The notes beneath the pieces were generated by a model that ran no database searches, was not told where the DNA came from, and saw only the letters and a list, made by a program, of their open reading frames with translations. A DNA stretch of 32,000 nucleotides. It comes from Propionibacteriaceae bacterium. Its GTDB lineage: Bacteria > Actinomycetota > Actinomycetes > Propionibacteriales > Propionibacteriaceae. Positions 8,292 to 17,672 of the stretch are shown here, in pieces. The position numbers were made by a program, and so were the translations under genes. The stretch spans positions 6,547 to 38,546 of the forward strand of contig JAIRQE010000011.1 of NCBI GenBank assembly GCA_031256725.1, written 5' to 3'. How positions within the stretch are numbered: position 1 is the stretch's first letter; the number at the start of each line of letters is the position of its first letter.

Positions 8292-9112
8292 CCACAGTCA
8301 CTGCTCAGATGGAATCCGAGACCCCAGGATTCTCAGTTAGGCTCGACAACTTTGAGGGCCCCTTCGATCTTCTTCTCTCCCTGATCGCTCGCCATAAGCT
8401 GGACATTACTGAGGTGGCGTTATCCCATGTCACTGATGAGTTCATCTCCTATATCAAGGAGCAGGGCCCAGGATGGGACCTGGATCAGGCCAGTTCCTTT
8501 CTGGTTGTTGCCGCAACCCTTTTAGACCTCAAGACCGCTCGACTCCTGCCCCAAGGTGAGGTCGATGATGAAGAGGATCTGGCTCTCTTGGAGGCCCGGG
8601 ATCTGCTCTTTGCGCGACTGTTGCAGTACCGTGCCTTCAAGGAGGTGGCCTCCTGGGTGGATTCTGTTCTTGGTGAAGAGGGCAAGAGGATTCCACGTCC
8701 AGGTGGATTGGAGGAAGCCTTCGCTTGCTTGCTTCCTGAGGTTCAGTTCACGGTGACACCCGAGGAGTTCGCTCAATTGGCCATCTCAGCGATGACGGTG
8801 AGTGCGAAGGCTGAAGTCAGTGTGGAACATATCTACTCATCTGCAGTATCCGTAGCTGAGCAGGCGAATCTTGTTGCTGATCGCCTTCAGAGGAACCAAA
8901 CGATGTCTTTCCGTTCCCTCATTGCAGACTCGGAATCCTTGGCTACTACTGTGGCACGATTCCTTGCCATCCTGGAGTTGTACAGATCTGACTTGGTTGT
9001 CTTCGAGCAACTAGACTCCTTAACTGAACTAGTGATTCGTTGGGTGGGCGATGAGATCGACGAGGTTCAGATTTCCGGTGAGTACGACCACCCCCACGAG
9101 GAGACCCCATGA
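8288..9112 (+). CDS. scpA: Segregation and condensation protein A (kleisin)
   Basis: The N-terminal signature is LDNFEGPFDLLLSLIARHKLDITEVALSHVTDEF, and the gene is followed by scpB. GTG 8288 overlaps the previous stop. ATG 8309 is an alternative start. Confidence 0.9.
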   Translation: MTTVTAQMESETPGFSVRLDNFEGPFDLLLSLIARHKLDITEVALSHVTDEFISYIKEQGPGWDLDQASSFLVVAATLLDLKTARLLPQGEVDDEEDLALLEARDLLFARLLQYRAFKEVASWVDSVLGEEGKRIPRPGGLEEAFACLLPEVQFTVTPEEFAQLAISAMTVSAKAEVSVEHIYSSAVSVAEQANLVADRLQRNQTMSFRSLIADSESLATTVARFLAILELYRSDLVVFEQLDSLTELVIRWVGDEIDEVQISGEYDHPHEETP

Positions 9113-9762
9113 ACGAGGTACAACCCATAGATGCTGAGATCGAGGCTTTACTCATCTTGGCCACAGAGCCACTGACTGAGATGGAATTGGCCGAAACCCT
9201 GGAGGCCAGTGTTGGCGAGGTCACTTGGGCACTCAAGAGACTTGCCGCCTTCTATGATGAGACAGGCCGTGGATTTGAGTTGCGCCACGTTGGTGGCGGG
9301 TGGAGGTACTATACCCGTCCAGAACACGCTGATACGATCGCCCGAAGTGTCCTTGAAGGTCAACATGGTCGGCTGAGCCAAGCCAGCTTGGAAACCCTTG
9401 CGGTCATTGCCTATCTTCAGCCCGTATCGCGTTCGCGGATCTCAGCAGTACGAGGGGTGAATGTTGATGGGGTTGTACGAACCCTCATCACTCGTAATAT
9501 GGTCTGTGAGGTGGATAAGGATGAAGCCAGTGGTGCAGGACTGTTGGGGACAACCACGTACTTCCTGGAAAGGATGGGCTTGGGATCCTTGGAAGATCTA
9601 CCACCCCTAGCCCCCCATCTTCCAGATGCCTCCCATCTTGACGAGGAGTTGAGGAGACTGGCGACCATGCCTCAGATCCCTGATCTTGGTGTCAGCGATG
9701 AGACAGCTGATGGGCAGGCGAGCAACGAGAATGCAGACCACAAGGAGATGGATAATGAGTGA
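9109..9762 (+). CDS. scpB: Segregation and condensation protein B
   Basis: Signatures are EALLILATEPLTEMELAE and SQASLETLAVIAYLQPVSRSRISAVRGVNVDGVVRTL. It has an ATGA overlap with scpA and the SD GAGGAG at 9097-9102. Confidence 0.9.
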   Translation: MNEVQPIDAEIEALLILATEPLTEMELAETLEASVGEVTWALKRLAAFYDETGRGFELRHVGGGWRYYTRPEHADTIARSVLEGQHGRLSQASLETLAVIAYLQPVSRSRISAVRGVNVDGVVRTLITRNMVCEVDKDEASGAGLLGTTTYFLERMGLGSLEDLPPLAPHLPDASHLDEELRRLATMPQIPDLGVSDETADGQASNENADHKEMDNE

Positions 9763-10498
9763 ACAAGGATCAGCCGAGGGCGTACGTCTACAGAAGGTGA
9801 TTGCTGCTGCTGGGTTGGCATCTCGGCGTGAGGCCGAGGAAATGATTGTTGATGGCCGAATCGAGGTCAATGGTCGTCTTGTGACAGAACTGGGTACACG
9901 GGTCAATCCTGAACGGGATCATATTCGACTTGATGGTGCCAGGATCCCTCCCCAGCGTCACCACGTGTACCTCGCACTCAACAAACCCAAAGGAGTGGTC
10001 TCCACCATGGAGGACCCTCAAGGTCGACCCACCTTGACTGACTATCTTCCACGCAAATCCACAAGACTGTTCCATGTTGGTCGCTTGGATGTGGAAACCG
10101 AGGGGCTCATCATCTTGACCAATGATGGTGATTTTGCACAGAGGCTCAGCCATCCCTCCTTCGAGATCGACAAGGTCTATTTAGTGGAAGTTGATGGGGT
10201 CATGGACAATCATGGGCTCAAGAGACTCAGCAAAGGGGTGACCCTTGACGATGGGTTTATCAAGGCTGACAAGGTGAAACTCGTGAGCAGGTCGGGGTCG
10301 AAAACCCTCATTGAGGTGAGTTTGCATTCCGGGAGAAACAGGGTCGTACGTCGGATGATGGATACAGTGGGCTACCCCGTATCTCGCCTAGCCCGAATCA
10401 GGATTGGCCCCATTCGGTTGGGGAATCTCCCCAGCGGGCAAACCCGTCCACTGTCATTAGGGGAGATCGGGTCCCTCTACGATAAAGCCGGATTGTGA
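9755..10498 (+). CDS. rluB: RluB/RsuA-family 23S rRNA pseudouridine synthase
   Basis: It has an S4 domain (RLQKVIAAAGLASRREAEEMIVDGRIEVNGR) and the catalytic motif HVGRLDVETEGLIILTNDG. The track ORF starts at 9686, but ATG 9755 (MSEQG...) has the SD AAGGAG (9742-9747) and overlaps the scpB stop (ATGAGTGA). Confidence 0.85.
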   Translation: MSEQGSAEGVRLQKVIAAAGLASRREAEEMIVDGRIEVNGRLVTELGTRVNPERDHIRLDGARIPPQRHHVYLALNKPKGVVSTMEDPQGRPTLTDYLPRKSTRLFHVGRLDVETEGLIILTNDGDFAQRLSHPSFEIDKVYLVEVDGVMDNHGLKRLSKGVTLDDGFIKADKVKLVSRSGSKTLIEVSLHSGRNRVVRRMMDTVGYPVSRLARIRIGPIRLGNLPSGQTRPLSLGEIGSLYDKAGL

Positions 10499-10578
10499 AG
10501 TGGAGATGGCATCGTTTAACGTATTGCGGAGCCATCCTTGTAGAATAGGCCGAGTGTGCCCACCGGGGTGCGAGAAAG

Positions 10579-11565
10579 ATGGGTGAAGATATGGCGAGGA
10601 AACTGGCGAGCCAAATCATTGGATGCATCATGGTTGTGGGATTAAGCTTCGGCATGGTCTCTTGTTCGACCCCCGAGGATCCAGAAACCCCTGACACCGA
10701 ACAACCAACACACAATGAGCCCCTTCCCTCAACAACCATTGATGGTATCGAGGTCACAGGTGCCTTTGGTGAGGAACCGACTGTAGTTGTCCCTGAGGGC
10801 TGGTCGATCACCTCAACACAGGCCCAGATCATCACCCAAGGTGATGGCCCGGCTGCTTTTGTCACCGGATTGATTCAGGCCAACTATGTTGGGATCAACG
10901 GTCGTACAGGCGAAATCTTCGACTCGTCCTGGGAACGTGGAGCCCCTGTCACCTTCGCACTGAATCAGGTCGTCCCTGGATTCCAGAAGGGTTTGAATGG
11001 CCAGAAGGTCGGTACGCGTGTCCTCATCGCCATGCCTGGTGCTGACGGGTACGACGCTAATGGTGGGCAGGAGAGTGCCGGTATTGAGATCGGTGATACT
11101 CTCGTCTTTCTCGTCGACATCCTCAAGGCCCAATACCCTGAACCAACAGGTACGCAGATCCCAGCCAATGATCCACAGATGCCAACAGTAACGGGTCCGC
11201 TTGATGCCCCCGAGGTCACGATTCCTCAAGGAGTGGAAGCTCCCACTGAGTTGAAGGTACAGGTCCTCGTTGAGGGTGATGGTCCTGAGATCACAGCTAT
11301 GGACACTATGGCTGTGAATTACGCCGAATATCTGTGGACTGGAACCATGATCCGTCAGACCTATGGTTTTGAGCCACTTATGGGTTACCTCATGGGTACG
11401 ATCCCCGGCTGGCAGGAGGGCCTTGTGGGCCTTAATGTTGGGTCACGAGTTCTCCTCGTTGTACCTCCAGAGTTGGGCTATCCTGAAGGCAATCCTAAGA
11501 TTGGTATCCCTGAAGGATCGACCTCCGTCTTCGTGATCGACATCCTCTATTCAGCTCAGGGTTAA
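10579..11565 (+). CDS. FKBP-type peptidyl-prolyl isomerase lipoprotein with two FKBP domains
   Basis: It has a signal/lipobox-like N-terminus (IIGCIMVVGLSFGMVSC). Two FKBP-like units are present: NYVGINGRTGEIFDSSW...VVPGFQKGLNGQKVGTRVLIAMP and NYAEYLW...TIPGWQEGLVGLNVGSRVLLVVPPELGY. ATG 10591 is an alternative start. Confidence 0.85.
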   Translation: MGEDMARKLASQIIGCIMVVGLSFGMVSCSTPEDPETPDTEQPTHNEPLPSTTIDGIEVTGAFGEEPTVVVPEGWSITSTQAQIITQGDGPAAFVTGLIQANYVGINGRTGEIFDSSWERGAPVTFALNQVVPGFQKGLNGQKVGTRVLIAMPGADGYDANGGQESAGIEIGDTLVFLVDILKAQYPEPTGTQIPANDPQMPTVTGPLDAPEVTIPQGVEAPTELKVQVLVEGDGPEITAMDTMAVNYAEYLWTGTMIRQTYGFEPLMGYLMGTIPGWQEGLVGLNVGSRVLLVVPPELGYPEGNPKIGIPEGSTSVFVIDILYSAQG

Positions 11566-12479
11566 GCCCACGTCATTGGATCAACCAACCAGGGTTCTTT
11601 CGGAAGTACAACGGGATCAAATCGATCCACCAACTGGTCAAGGCCGACGGACTCATCCTCAGTTGCCAGATTCAGGGATTGAGCTAGGTGGTTGAGGATC
11701 ACTTGGGTGGATATGCCTTTCTTGCGTAGTCTCCCCAGGGACACTGCCTTGTCTCTTTTAGCCATACGGGTACCATCGCCTGAATAGACCAAGGGAACAT
11801 GAAGGTATTCGGGTGGAGTGAACCCCAATTGGGTGGCAAGCCATGCTTGGCGTGGGGCTGATTCGAGGAGATCATCCCCGCGTACGACCTGATCCACGAA
11901 CTGGAGTCCATCGTCAACAACCACGGCAAAGGTGTAGGAGAAGACCCCATCTGCGCGGCGTACCACAAAATCATCGACCTCATCGCTGTGGTGACCATGA
12001 AGAAGATCAGTGACCCCCACCACTGTTGAGGAGGCGTTGATCCGAAGTGCTGGTGGTCGTTCCCTTCTCAATGCTGTGCGTTCATGGGTGGACAGATTCC
12101 GACATGTGCCGGGATAACGGGGCAGAGTGCCGTGAGGGGCTGTACTGGCTTCAAGGATGTCTTTGCGTGAGCAATAACACTCATAAATGAGGGGTTCGAG
12201 TCGTGAAAGAGCCTGTTCATAGACCAGGCTACGATCCTGTTGGCGAAGTATTGGTCCATCATGGGTGAGACCCAGGTCGGTGAGATCCCTGAGCTGGTTG
12301 CATGTGATCTGGTCAGCATCCTTCATGCGTGGGCCATCAAGATCCTCGATTCTTATGAGGAAATCTCGACTGGTCGAACGAGCCATTAGCCAGGCCACAA
12401 GTGCGGTTCTCAGGTTTCCAATGTGAAGATCCGAGGTCGGTGTTGGAGCGAAACGTCCAGACATATGCAGTGGGTTCAC
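11562..12479 (-). CDS. gluQ: Glutamyl-Q tRNA(Asp) synthetase (truncated GluRS paralog)
   Basis: 305 aa, a catalytic domain only. It has the HIGH-type motif RFAPTPTSDLHIGNLRTAL and a KMSKS-like GTRMAKRDK. There is no anticodon-binding domain, as expected for GluQRS. Confidence 0.85.
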   Translation of the reverse strand: MNPLHMSGRFAPTPTSDLHIGNLRTALVAWLMARSTSRDFLIRIEDLDGPRMKDADQITCNQLRDLTDLGLTHDGPILRQQDRSLVYEQALSRLEPLIYECYCSRKDILEASTAPHGTLPRYPGTCRNLSTHERTALRRERPPALRINASSTVVGVTDLLHGHHSDEVDDFVVRRADGVFSYTFAVVVDDGLQFVDQVVRGDDLLESAPRQAWLATQLGFTPPEYLHVPLVYSGDGTRMAKRDKAVSLGRLRKKGISTQVILNHLAQSLNLATEDESVGLDQLVDRFDPVVLPKEPWLVDPMTWA

Positions 12480-12542
12480 ACTCCTTAAGTCGATGGGTGA
12501 ACTAGACTACACAACATCGGTACCCAGTATGGGAGGGATGAT

Positions 12543-13508
12543 ATGGCGCCAGCAGTTTCGGAAAGAATCCTCAATCTGATGATAGCCCTGCTCGTTACCA
12601 AGAGACTCATTTCTCGCAGGGAGATCTTCCAACGTGTCTCAGGATATCTCGCTATTGATCAAGACCGTGATGTGATCACAGAGGACCCAGCTGCTGATCG
12701 GAAATTCCAAAGGGATCTTGAGAATCTCCAACAGATGGGAATTGAGGTCATCAAAGGTACGATCCAGGATGCCAATCAAGACGTGGGTGGGTACAGAATC
12801 GATCCAGGATCCTTCTATCTGCCAGACATCCACCTCACACCGCGAGAAGCCATGGTGGCAGCAATGGCCTCATCGGCATGGTCGGAAGCAAGCCTCGCCT
12901 CAGGGGTGGGGACTGCTGTTAGGAAACTGCATACCCTAGGGGAGGAAACCAGTGGAGGCCAGTCCTATTTCCTGACACCACGACTGAGGGCGGCTGAGCC
13001 TGGGCTAGCCCAACTGTGGGAGGGGTTCACAACACAGTCGACGGTGGAGTTCACCTACAACTCACGGGTACGACGGGTCAACATCTGGAGGATGATTGGA
13101 CGATCGGGTGCGTGGTACGTCTTAGGTGAGAGTGTGGGTGAGGGGCCGAAGATTTTCAAGGTCGCCCGAATTGAGGACACTACACGTGTACTGCCCACTC
13201 CCCAAGGTTATGAAACCCCCGATCAAGCAGTGATTTCTCGTGAAGCTGAGTCCTTGAATCCGCCGCCGGATTCTTCGGTTCTGGTCGCTATTCGAGTCTC
13301 GACCACAGGAGTACTACGCAAACGGGGGACACCTGTGGACAGTGATGGTCCTGAGGGGTTCGATGTGTACAGGATTCCCTATGCCCGTGTCGATGAAATT
13401 GTCTTCGCGATCTGCGCCTCAGGCCCAGATGTCCTAGTTCTGGAGGAAGGGGAGGTACGTGATCGTGTCATAGCTCAACTCCAATTCATTGCAGGAGGTC
13501 AGTCATGA
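12543..13508 (+). CDS. pafB: PafB-like HTH/WYL-domain transcriptional regulator
   Basis: The N-terminal wHTH is ERILNLMIALLVTKRLISRREIFQRVSGY. FQRDLENLQQMGIEVI, GYRIDPGSFYLPDIHLTPREA and the WYL-type GAWYVLGES closely parallel mycobacterial PafB as I remember it. The SD GGGAGGG precedes the ATG. Confidence 0.75.
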   Translation: MAPAVSERILNLMIALLVTKRLISRREIFQRVSGYLAIDQDRDVITEDPAADRKFQRDLENLQQMGIEVIKGTIQDANQDVGGYRIDPGSFYLPDIHLTPREAMVAAMASSAWSEASLASGVGTAVRKLHTLGEETSGGQSYFLTPRLRAAEPGLAQLWEGFTTQSTVEFTYNSRVRRVNIWRMIGRSGAWYVLGESVGEGPKIFKVARIEDTTRVLPTPQGYETPDQAVISREAESLNPPPDSSVLVAIRVSTTGVLRKRGTPVDSDGPEGFDVYRIPYARVDEIVFAICASGPDVLVLEEGEVRDRVIAQLQFIAGGQS

Positions 13509-14449
13509 GCCGATCCATTGAACAGGTGGCGCGCCTGCTTGTTGAGATCCCTTATATCCAAGCCCGCCCAGGAGTGAAACTATCCCAGATTGCCCGTACC
13601 CTGTCGATCACGGAGGCTCAGGTGGTAGCCGACCTTGAAGTCGCTCGATGGTGTGGGTTGCCTGGAGGGTACTCTGAGGAGCTTATCAACATCGACTATG
13701 ACATTGTTCACGGTGAGAAGGCTGTCCACATTCACAATCCCACAGGCCTTGATCGACCCATGAAGCTCACCATTGTTGAGGCTGCAAGTCTGCGCTTGGC
13801 ACTGATGGCCTTAAGGGATCTCGTCGAAAAAGACCTCGTGGGTACCATTGACTCTCTTCTGGAGAAGATACTCCTTCCAGCCCATATGAGTGTGGATCTT
13901 CACCTATCAGGAGGAGACCAAGATATCCGTGACCGTGTACAACATGCCATTCACAATGCTGAACGCCTGGAATTGGCCTATGCAGGTTCCAAGAGTGGGA
14001 AGAATAGTACCCCTGTGATCGACCCCGTGGGTGTACGCGTCCTTGAAGGGAAGTCCTATCTTGTTGCCTATCGCGTCGATAGTGATCCAGGGTGGCGCCA
14101 CTATCGCTTCGACCGTATTCTTGAGGCTCGCCCCACGGGTGAGGCAACCTTTGGACATGGGGATCCACCATCCCCAGATGATTGGGCTAAGAATCTTGCT
14201 TCCAGCGAATCAGCTACCCTGGTCGTCACCAAAGAAGGCAGATGGATTCAGGAGTACTATCCCACAATCTCAGTTGTTGACTGTGACAATGATCTTACCC
14301 GTATCACGATCCCAGTCATGGAACAGGCATGGCTTTTGAGGCTCATCCTTGGGTTGGGGGAACGTATCACATGTGTTGAACCTTCGATCTATCGTGATGC
14401 GGCTCGCAGTCTAGCTCAACAGGCACTCGACGCCTATGATGACTTGTGA
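13505..14449 (+). CDS. pafC: PafC-like HTH/WYL-domain transcriptional regulator
   Basis: VARLLVEIPYIQARPGVKLSQIARTLSITEAQVVADLEVARWCGLPG and DRPMKLTIVEAASLRLAL parallel PafC. The WYL-type motif is KSYLVAYR. It has an ATGA overlap with pafB and the SD AGGAGG. Confidence 0.75.
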   Translation: MSRSIEQVARLLVEIPYIQARPGVKLSQIARTLSITEAQVVADLEVARWCGLPGGYSEELINIDYDIVHGEKAVHIHNPTGLDRPMKLTIVEAASLRLALMALRDLVEKDLVGTIDSLLEKILLPAHMSVDLHLSGGDQDIRDRVQHAIHNAERLELAYAGSKSGKNSTPVIDPVGVRVLEGKSYLVAYRVDSDPGWRHYRFDRILEARPTGEATFGHGDPPSPDDWAKNLASSESATLVVTKEGRWIQEYYPTISVVDCDNDLTRITIPVMEQAWLLRLILGLGERITCVEPSIYRDAARSLAQQALDAYDDL

Positions 14450-14575
14450 CCTAGGAGCCGTAACGGTCATCCATCCTTCAGTATGAGACAACGTACAAGG
14501 TTCGGCTAACTAAGGGATTGATGGCTGTAGTACGATCAGGACCATAAACGTGTGGGTTCGACAGAAGGAATGAAC

Positions 14576-15541
14576 ATGCGCATTGACAATGCCACGACTA
14601 CCTTAGTCGTCAACCCGACCGCTGGACGCGGTAAAGCATTGAAGATCCTTCCCAAGGTTCTCAACGAATTACTGCGCGGATTACCTGAAGGCAGTCTCAA
14701 GGTTCGCCAAGCGAATACCTACCAAGAGGCTCAGCAATTCTGCAAAGAGGCCGTCGACAAAGCGCGGGTGAGTACAGACACTCGAGACTGTCTGGTGGTC
14801 ATGGGTGGGGATGGCATCATGCACCTGGGGATCAATGCCGCTGGGGGTACCGGAGTTCCCCTTGGGATGATTCCCGCTGGTACAGGAAATGATATGTGTC
14901 GAAGTGTGGGAATCCCTTTGGACCCAGTCAAAGCAGCTCATGTCATCGTTGAAGGCCACCTCCTCCACATGGACCTCATCTCTGTTGTCGGCAAACTTGC
15001 CCACGGTGGTACCCAAAGATATGTGGGTACGGTCGTTGCCACCGGGTACGATGCCCGAGTCGGACGTCGTGGAGCCCTGATGTCGAAGGCCTGGGGGAGT
15101 CTCGCCTATGGTGCCGCAGCTCTGGCCGAATTGAGGGCCTTCGAACCGGTGACCTACAGGATCAGGGTCGATGGGCAGGAAAGGGTACTCCCAGCGATGT
15201 TCATCGCAGTAGCCAATGGTGGGTACTATGGCGGAGGAATGCATGTTGCACCTACAGCATCAGTGTCCGATGGAGTCCTCGACATCACGATCGCTCATCC
15301 TGTGTCATCAATGACTTTGCTGCGCCTACTCCCACGAATGTTCAACGGGTCCTTTGTTTCCGATCCGGCAATTGAGCGCCTCACCGCTAAAGAAATCATG
15401 ATTGATGGTGATGGCCTCATCGGTATGGCTGATGGTGAAGCCCTCGGTCAGCCTCCCTTGGGTGTGACTGTCGAAGCGGGCGCATTGCCAGTGTTCATCC
15501 CCAATCCTGACCCGCTCACCAAGCGTAGAGGAAAGAAATAG
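14576..15541 (+). CDS. Diacylglycerol/lipid kinase family protein (DAGK catalytic domain)
   Basis: Signatures are LVVNPTAGRGKA, VVMGGDGIMH and IPAGTGNDMCR. The track ORF starts at GTG 14552. ATG 14576 lies 6 nt after GAAGGA (14564-14569) and is preferred. ATG 14570 is also possible. Confidence 0.8.
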   Translation: MRIDNATTTLVVNPTAGRGKALKILPKVLNELLRGLPEGSLKVRQANTYQEAQQFCKEAVDKARVSTDTRDCLVVMGGDGIMHLGINAAGGTGVPLGMIPAGTGNDMCRSVGIPLDPVKAAHVIVEGHLLHMDLISVVGKLAHGGTQRYVGTVVATGYDARVGRRGALMSKAWGSLAYGAAALAELRAFEPVTYRIRVDGQERVLPAMFIAVANGGYYGGGMHVAPTASVSDGVLDITIAHPVSSMTLLRLLPRMFNGSFVSDPAIERLTAKEIMIDGDGLIGMADGEALGQPPLGVTVEAGALPVFIPNPDPLTKRRGKK

Positions 15542-17658
15542 TGTCTCTGGCAGAGTTTTCTGCTCAACTCGGCTTCGCCTTAGATGACTACCAGATCCAG
15601 GCCTGTCACCATCTGGAGGAGGGGTCTGGGGTACTTGTGGCGGCCCCCACAGGTGCTGGGAAGACGGTTGTTGGTGAGTTCGCTGTACACCTGGCTGTGA
15701 AGGCCGGTACGAAATGCTTCTACACCACCCCCATCAAGGCTCTATCCAACCAGAAGTTCCATGATCTTGTTGAGGTTTATGGGCTTGAGAAGGTTGGCCT
15801 GCTGACTGGGGATCAGGTGGTGAACTCTGAGGCTGATATTGCTGTGATGACCACTGAGGTACTGCGCAACATGATTTACGCTGGATCTCCTACTCTGGAA
15901 GGCCTTGAGTTCGTTGTCATGGACGAGGTCCATTACCTCTCTGATTCTTTCCGAGGCCCAGTATGGGAGGAAGTCATCCTTGGCCTGGATCTCGGGGTCA
16001 AGATCGTGGGTCTGTCCGCAACCGTCAGCAATGTGGAAGAGTTCGGCGCCTGGATGGAGAAGGTACGCGGGGACATCGCCACCGTGGTTTCTGAACGCCG
16101 CCCTGTGCCGTTATTTCAGCATGTCTTCGCAGGGAAACGCCTCGTTGATCTTTATGAGGGTCAGGCCCCAACTGCTGGGGGAAGTTCCCCACGGGTGAAT
16201 CCTGAGTTGACGCGTCTGGCATCCACAGAGAACAAGACCATGAGGGATGATTCCAGGCAGATGAGGGGTCGGTCTGGGAAGGGGAAACGGGGCACACAGT
16301 CTGGGCTTGGTGGTCGAGCTCACGGACGGTTCGCCTCAAAATCCCACTTGGTGCCCCGTCGAGTTGCTGTCATCACCGAATTGGATCGCCTGGATTTGCT
16401 GCCCGCGATCTACTTCATTTTCTCCCGTCAAGGATGCGATCAGGCTGTGAGCCGTCTCGTCAATGATGGGGTGTGGCTCACGCGGGCCTCGGAGAGGGAT
16501 CAGCTTCGTGAGATTGCCTCCCGACATATCACAGGCTTGGATGAGGATGATTTGGAGGCTCTGAGGTACAGATCCTGGTTGGAGGCCTTTACGCGTGGGA
16601 TAGCGGCCCATCATGCTGGGTTGCTGCCCATGTTCAAGACGGCCATAGAGGAAGCCTTCTCTTTAGGGTTGGTCAAGGTGGTCTTCGCCACAGAAACCCT
16701 GGCTTTGGGTATCAACATGCCTGCGCGTACGGTTGTCCTCGACAAGTTGGTGAAGTACAACGGCGCCTCCCATGCGGACATCACACCTGGGGAGTACACC
16801 CAGTTGACTGGTCGAGCTGGTAGGCGTGGGATCGACATTGAGGGACACGCAGTTGTGACCTGGCAGGCTGGCCTTGATCCTCGTGCTTTGGCAGGTCTGG
16901 CATCGAGACGTACCTATCCACTGCGGTCGGCATTCACCCCGACCTATAACATGGCTGTGAACCTGATTGCTTCAGTTGGGGTTGATCGTGCTAAGAAGAT
17001 CCTTCAAGATAGTCTGGCTCAATTCCATTCCGATTATGCCCAGGCTGCCAATACCAAGAAGGCCCGCTCACATAGGTTGGTGGACAAGTTTGAATCCATC
17101 TGTTTGGTCCTGGAATCCTTCGGTTACGTTAATTCTCAACCTCTTCAGGTGACGGATACGGGGATGATGCTGTCTCGACTCTATGGTGTCCATGATCTGC
17201 TCATCGCTGAATCCATTCAAGCCGGAATCTTCGATTCACTCGATGTGGAATCCCTGGCTGCAACCCTGTCCACTCTGGTTTATGAATCCCGACTCACAGA
17301 TAGAAGGGCTGATCCCAGAATGCCAACCCGTGAGTCAGCTTCTGCTGTTGAAGCCATGCGAAAGCTCTGGCGTCAACTTCACTTGACTGAACGTGATCAT
17401 CGACTGGAATCCTCTCCTGCCTTGGATCTGGGTTTCGCCCGATCCGCTCATGCCTGGGCCTCAGGTGCCACCCTCGCTGAGATCGTTGACATCTCTGGGT
17501 TGGCTGCAGGGGACTTCGTGCGTTGGGTACGCCAATGTGTGGATTGCGCTGGTCAAATCGCTGATGCCACCAGAGGTAGTGCATTGGCTGGGAAATGCCG
17601 CGACCTCATAGCCATCATGAGACGTGGAGTCGTCGACGTGGACATGACCGCAGACTAG
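15541..17658 (+). CDS. helY: Ski2-like DEAD/DEAH-box RNA helicase HelY
   Basis: It has Walker [16 protein letters not shown] box [11 protein letters not shown] (LSATVSN), motif [14 protein letters not shown] and a C-terminal DSHCT-like region ([15 protein letters not shown]...LVYESR). Its position after pafBC matches the mycobacterial gene order. The GTG overlaps the previous stop by 1 nt. Confidence 0.85.
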   Translation: MSLAEFSAQLGFALDDYQIQACHHLEEGSGVLVAAPTGAGKTVVGEFAVHLAVKAGTKCFYTTPIKALSNQKFHDLVEVYGLEKVGLLTGDQVVNSEADIAVMTTEVLRNMIYAGSPTLEGLEFVVMDEVHYLSDSFRGPVWEEVILGLDLGVKIVGLSATVSNVEEFGAWMEKVRGDIATVVSERRPVPLFQHVFAGKRLVDLYEGQAPTAGGSSPRVNPELTRLASTENKTMRDDSRQMRGRSGKGKRGTQSGLGGRAHGRFASKSHLVPRRVAVITELDRLDLLPAIYFIFSRQGCDQAVSRLVNDGVWLTRASERDQLREIASRHITGLDEDDLEALRYRSWLEAFTRGIAAHHAGLLPMFKTAIEEAFSLGLVKVVFATETLALGINMPARTVVLDKLVKYNGASHADITPGEYTQLTGRAGRRGIDIEGHAVVTWQAGLDPRALAGLASRRTYPLRSAFTPTYNMAVNLIASVGVDRAKKILQDSLAQFHSDYAQAANTKKARSHRLVDKFESICLVLESFGYVNSQPLQVTDTGMMLSRLYGVHDLLIAESIQAGIFDSLDVESLAATLSTLVYESRLTDRRADPRMPTRESASAVEAMRKLWRQLHLTERDHRLESSPALDLGFARSAHAWASGATLAEIVDISGLAAGDFVRWVRQCVDCAGQIADATRGSALAGKCRDLIAIMRRGVVDVDMTAD

Positions 17659-17672
17659 ATAGAGTTAGTACC

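Noticed and set aside
12500-12542. Possible PafBC-type (RecA-NDp-like) promoter motif upstream of pafB (catcggt acccag tatggg)
   Set aside because: The half-site differs from the tgtcggt-type motif I remember. The spacing to a TANNNT box does not fit either, since tatggg ends in g. It is too weak to report.
14681-15244. 187-aa ORF antisense to the lipid kinase gene. Similar antisense ORFs occur at 7372-7872, 10398-10865, 21258-21737 and 22056-22484.
   Set aside because: All are nested in well-supported genes on the other strand. None has a ribosome-binding site or family-like sequence.
17595-17672. N-terminal extensions proposed by the ORF track for hisF. The same issue affects ilvB (19027-19101), rluB (9686-9754), maf (23495-23554) and birA (23453-23512).
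   Set aside because: The extensions overlap upstream genes or the ilvB terminator and have non-family-like sequence. Internal ATGs give canonical family N-termini, mostly with good SD sequences.
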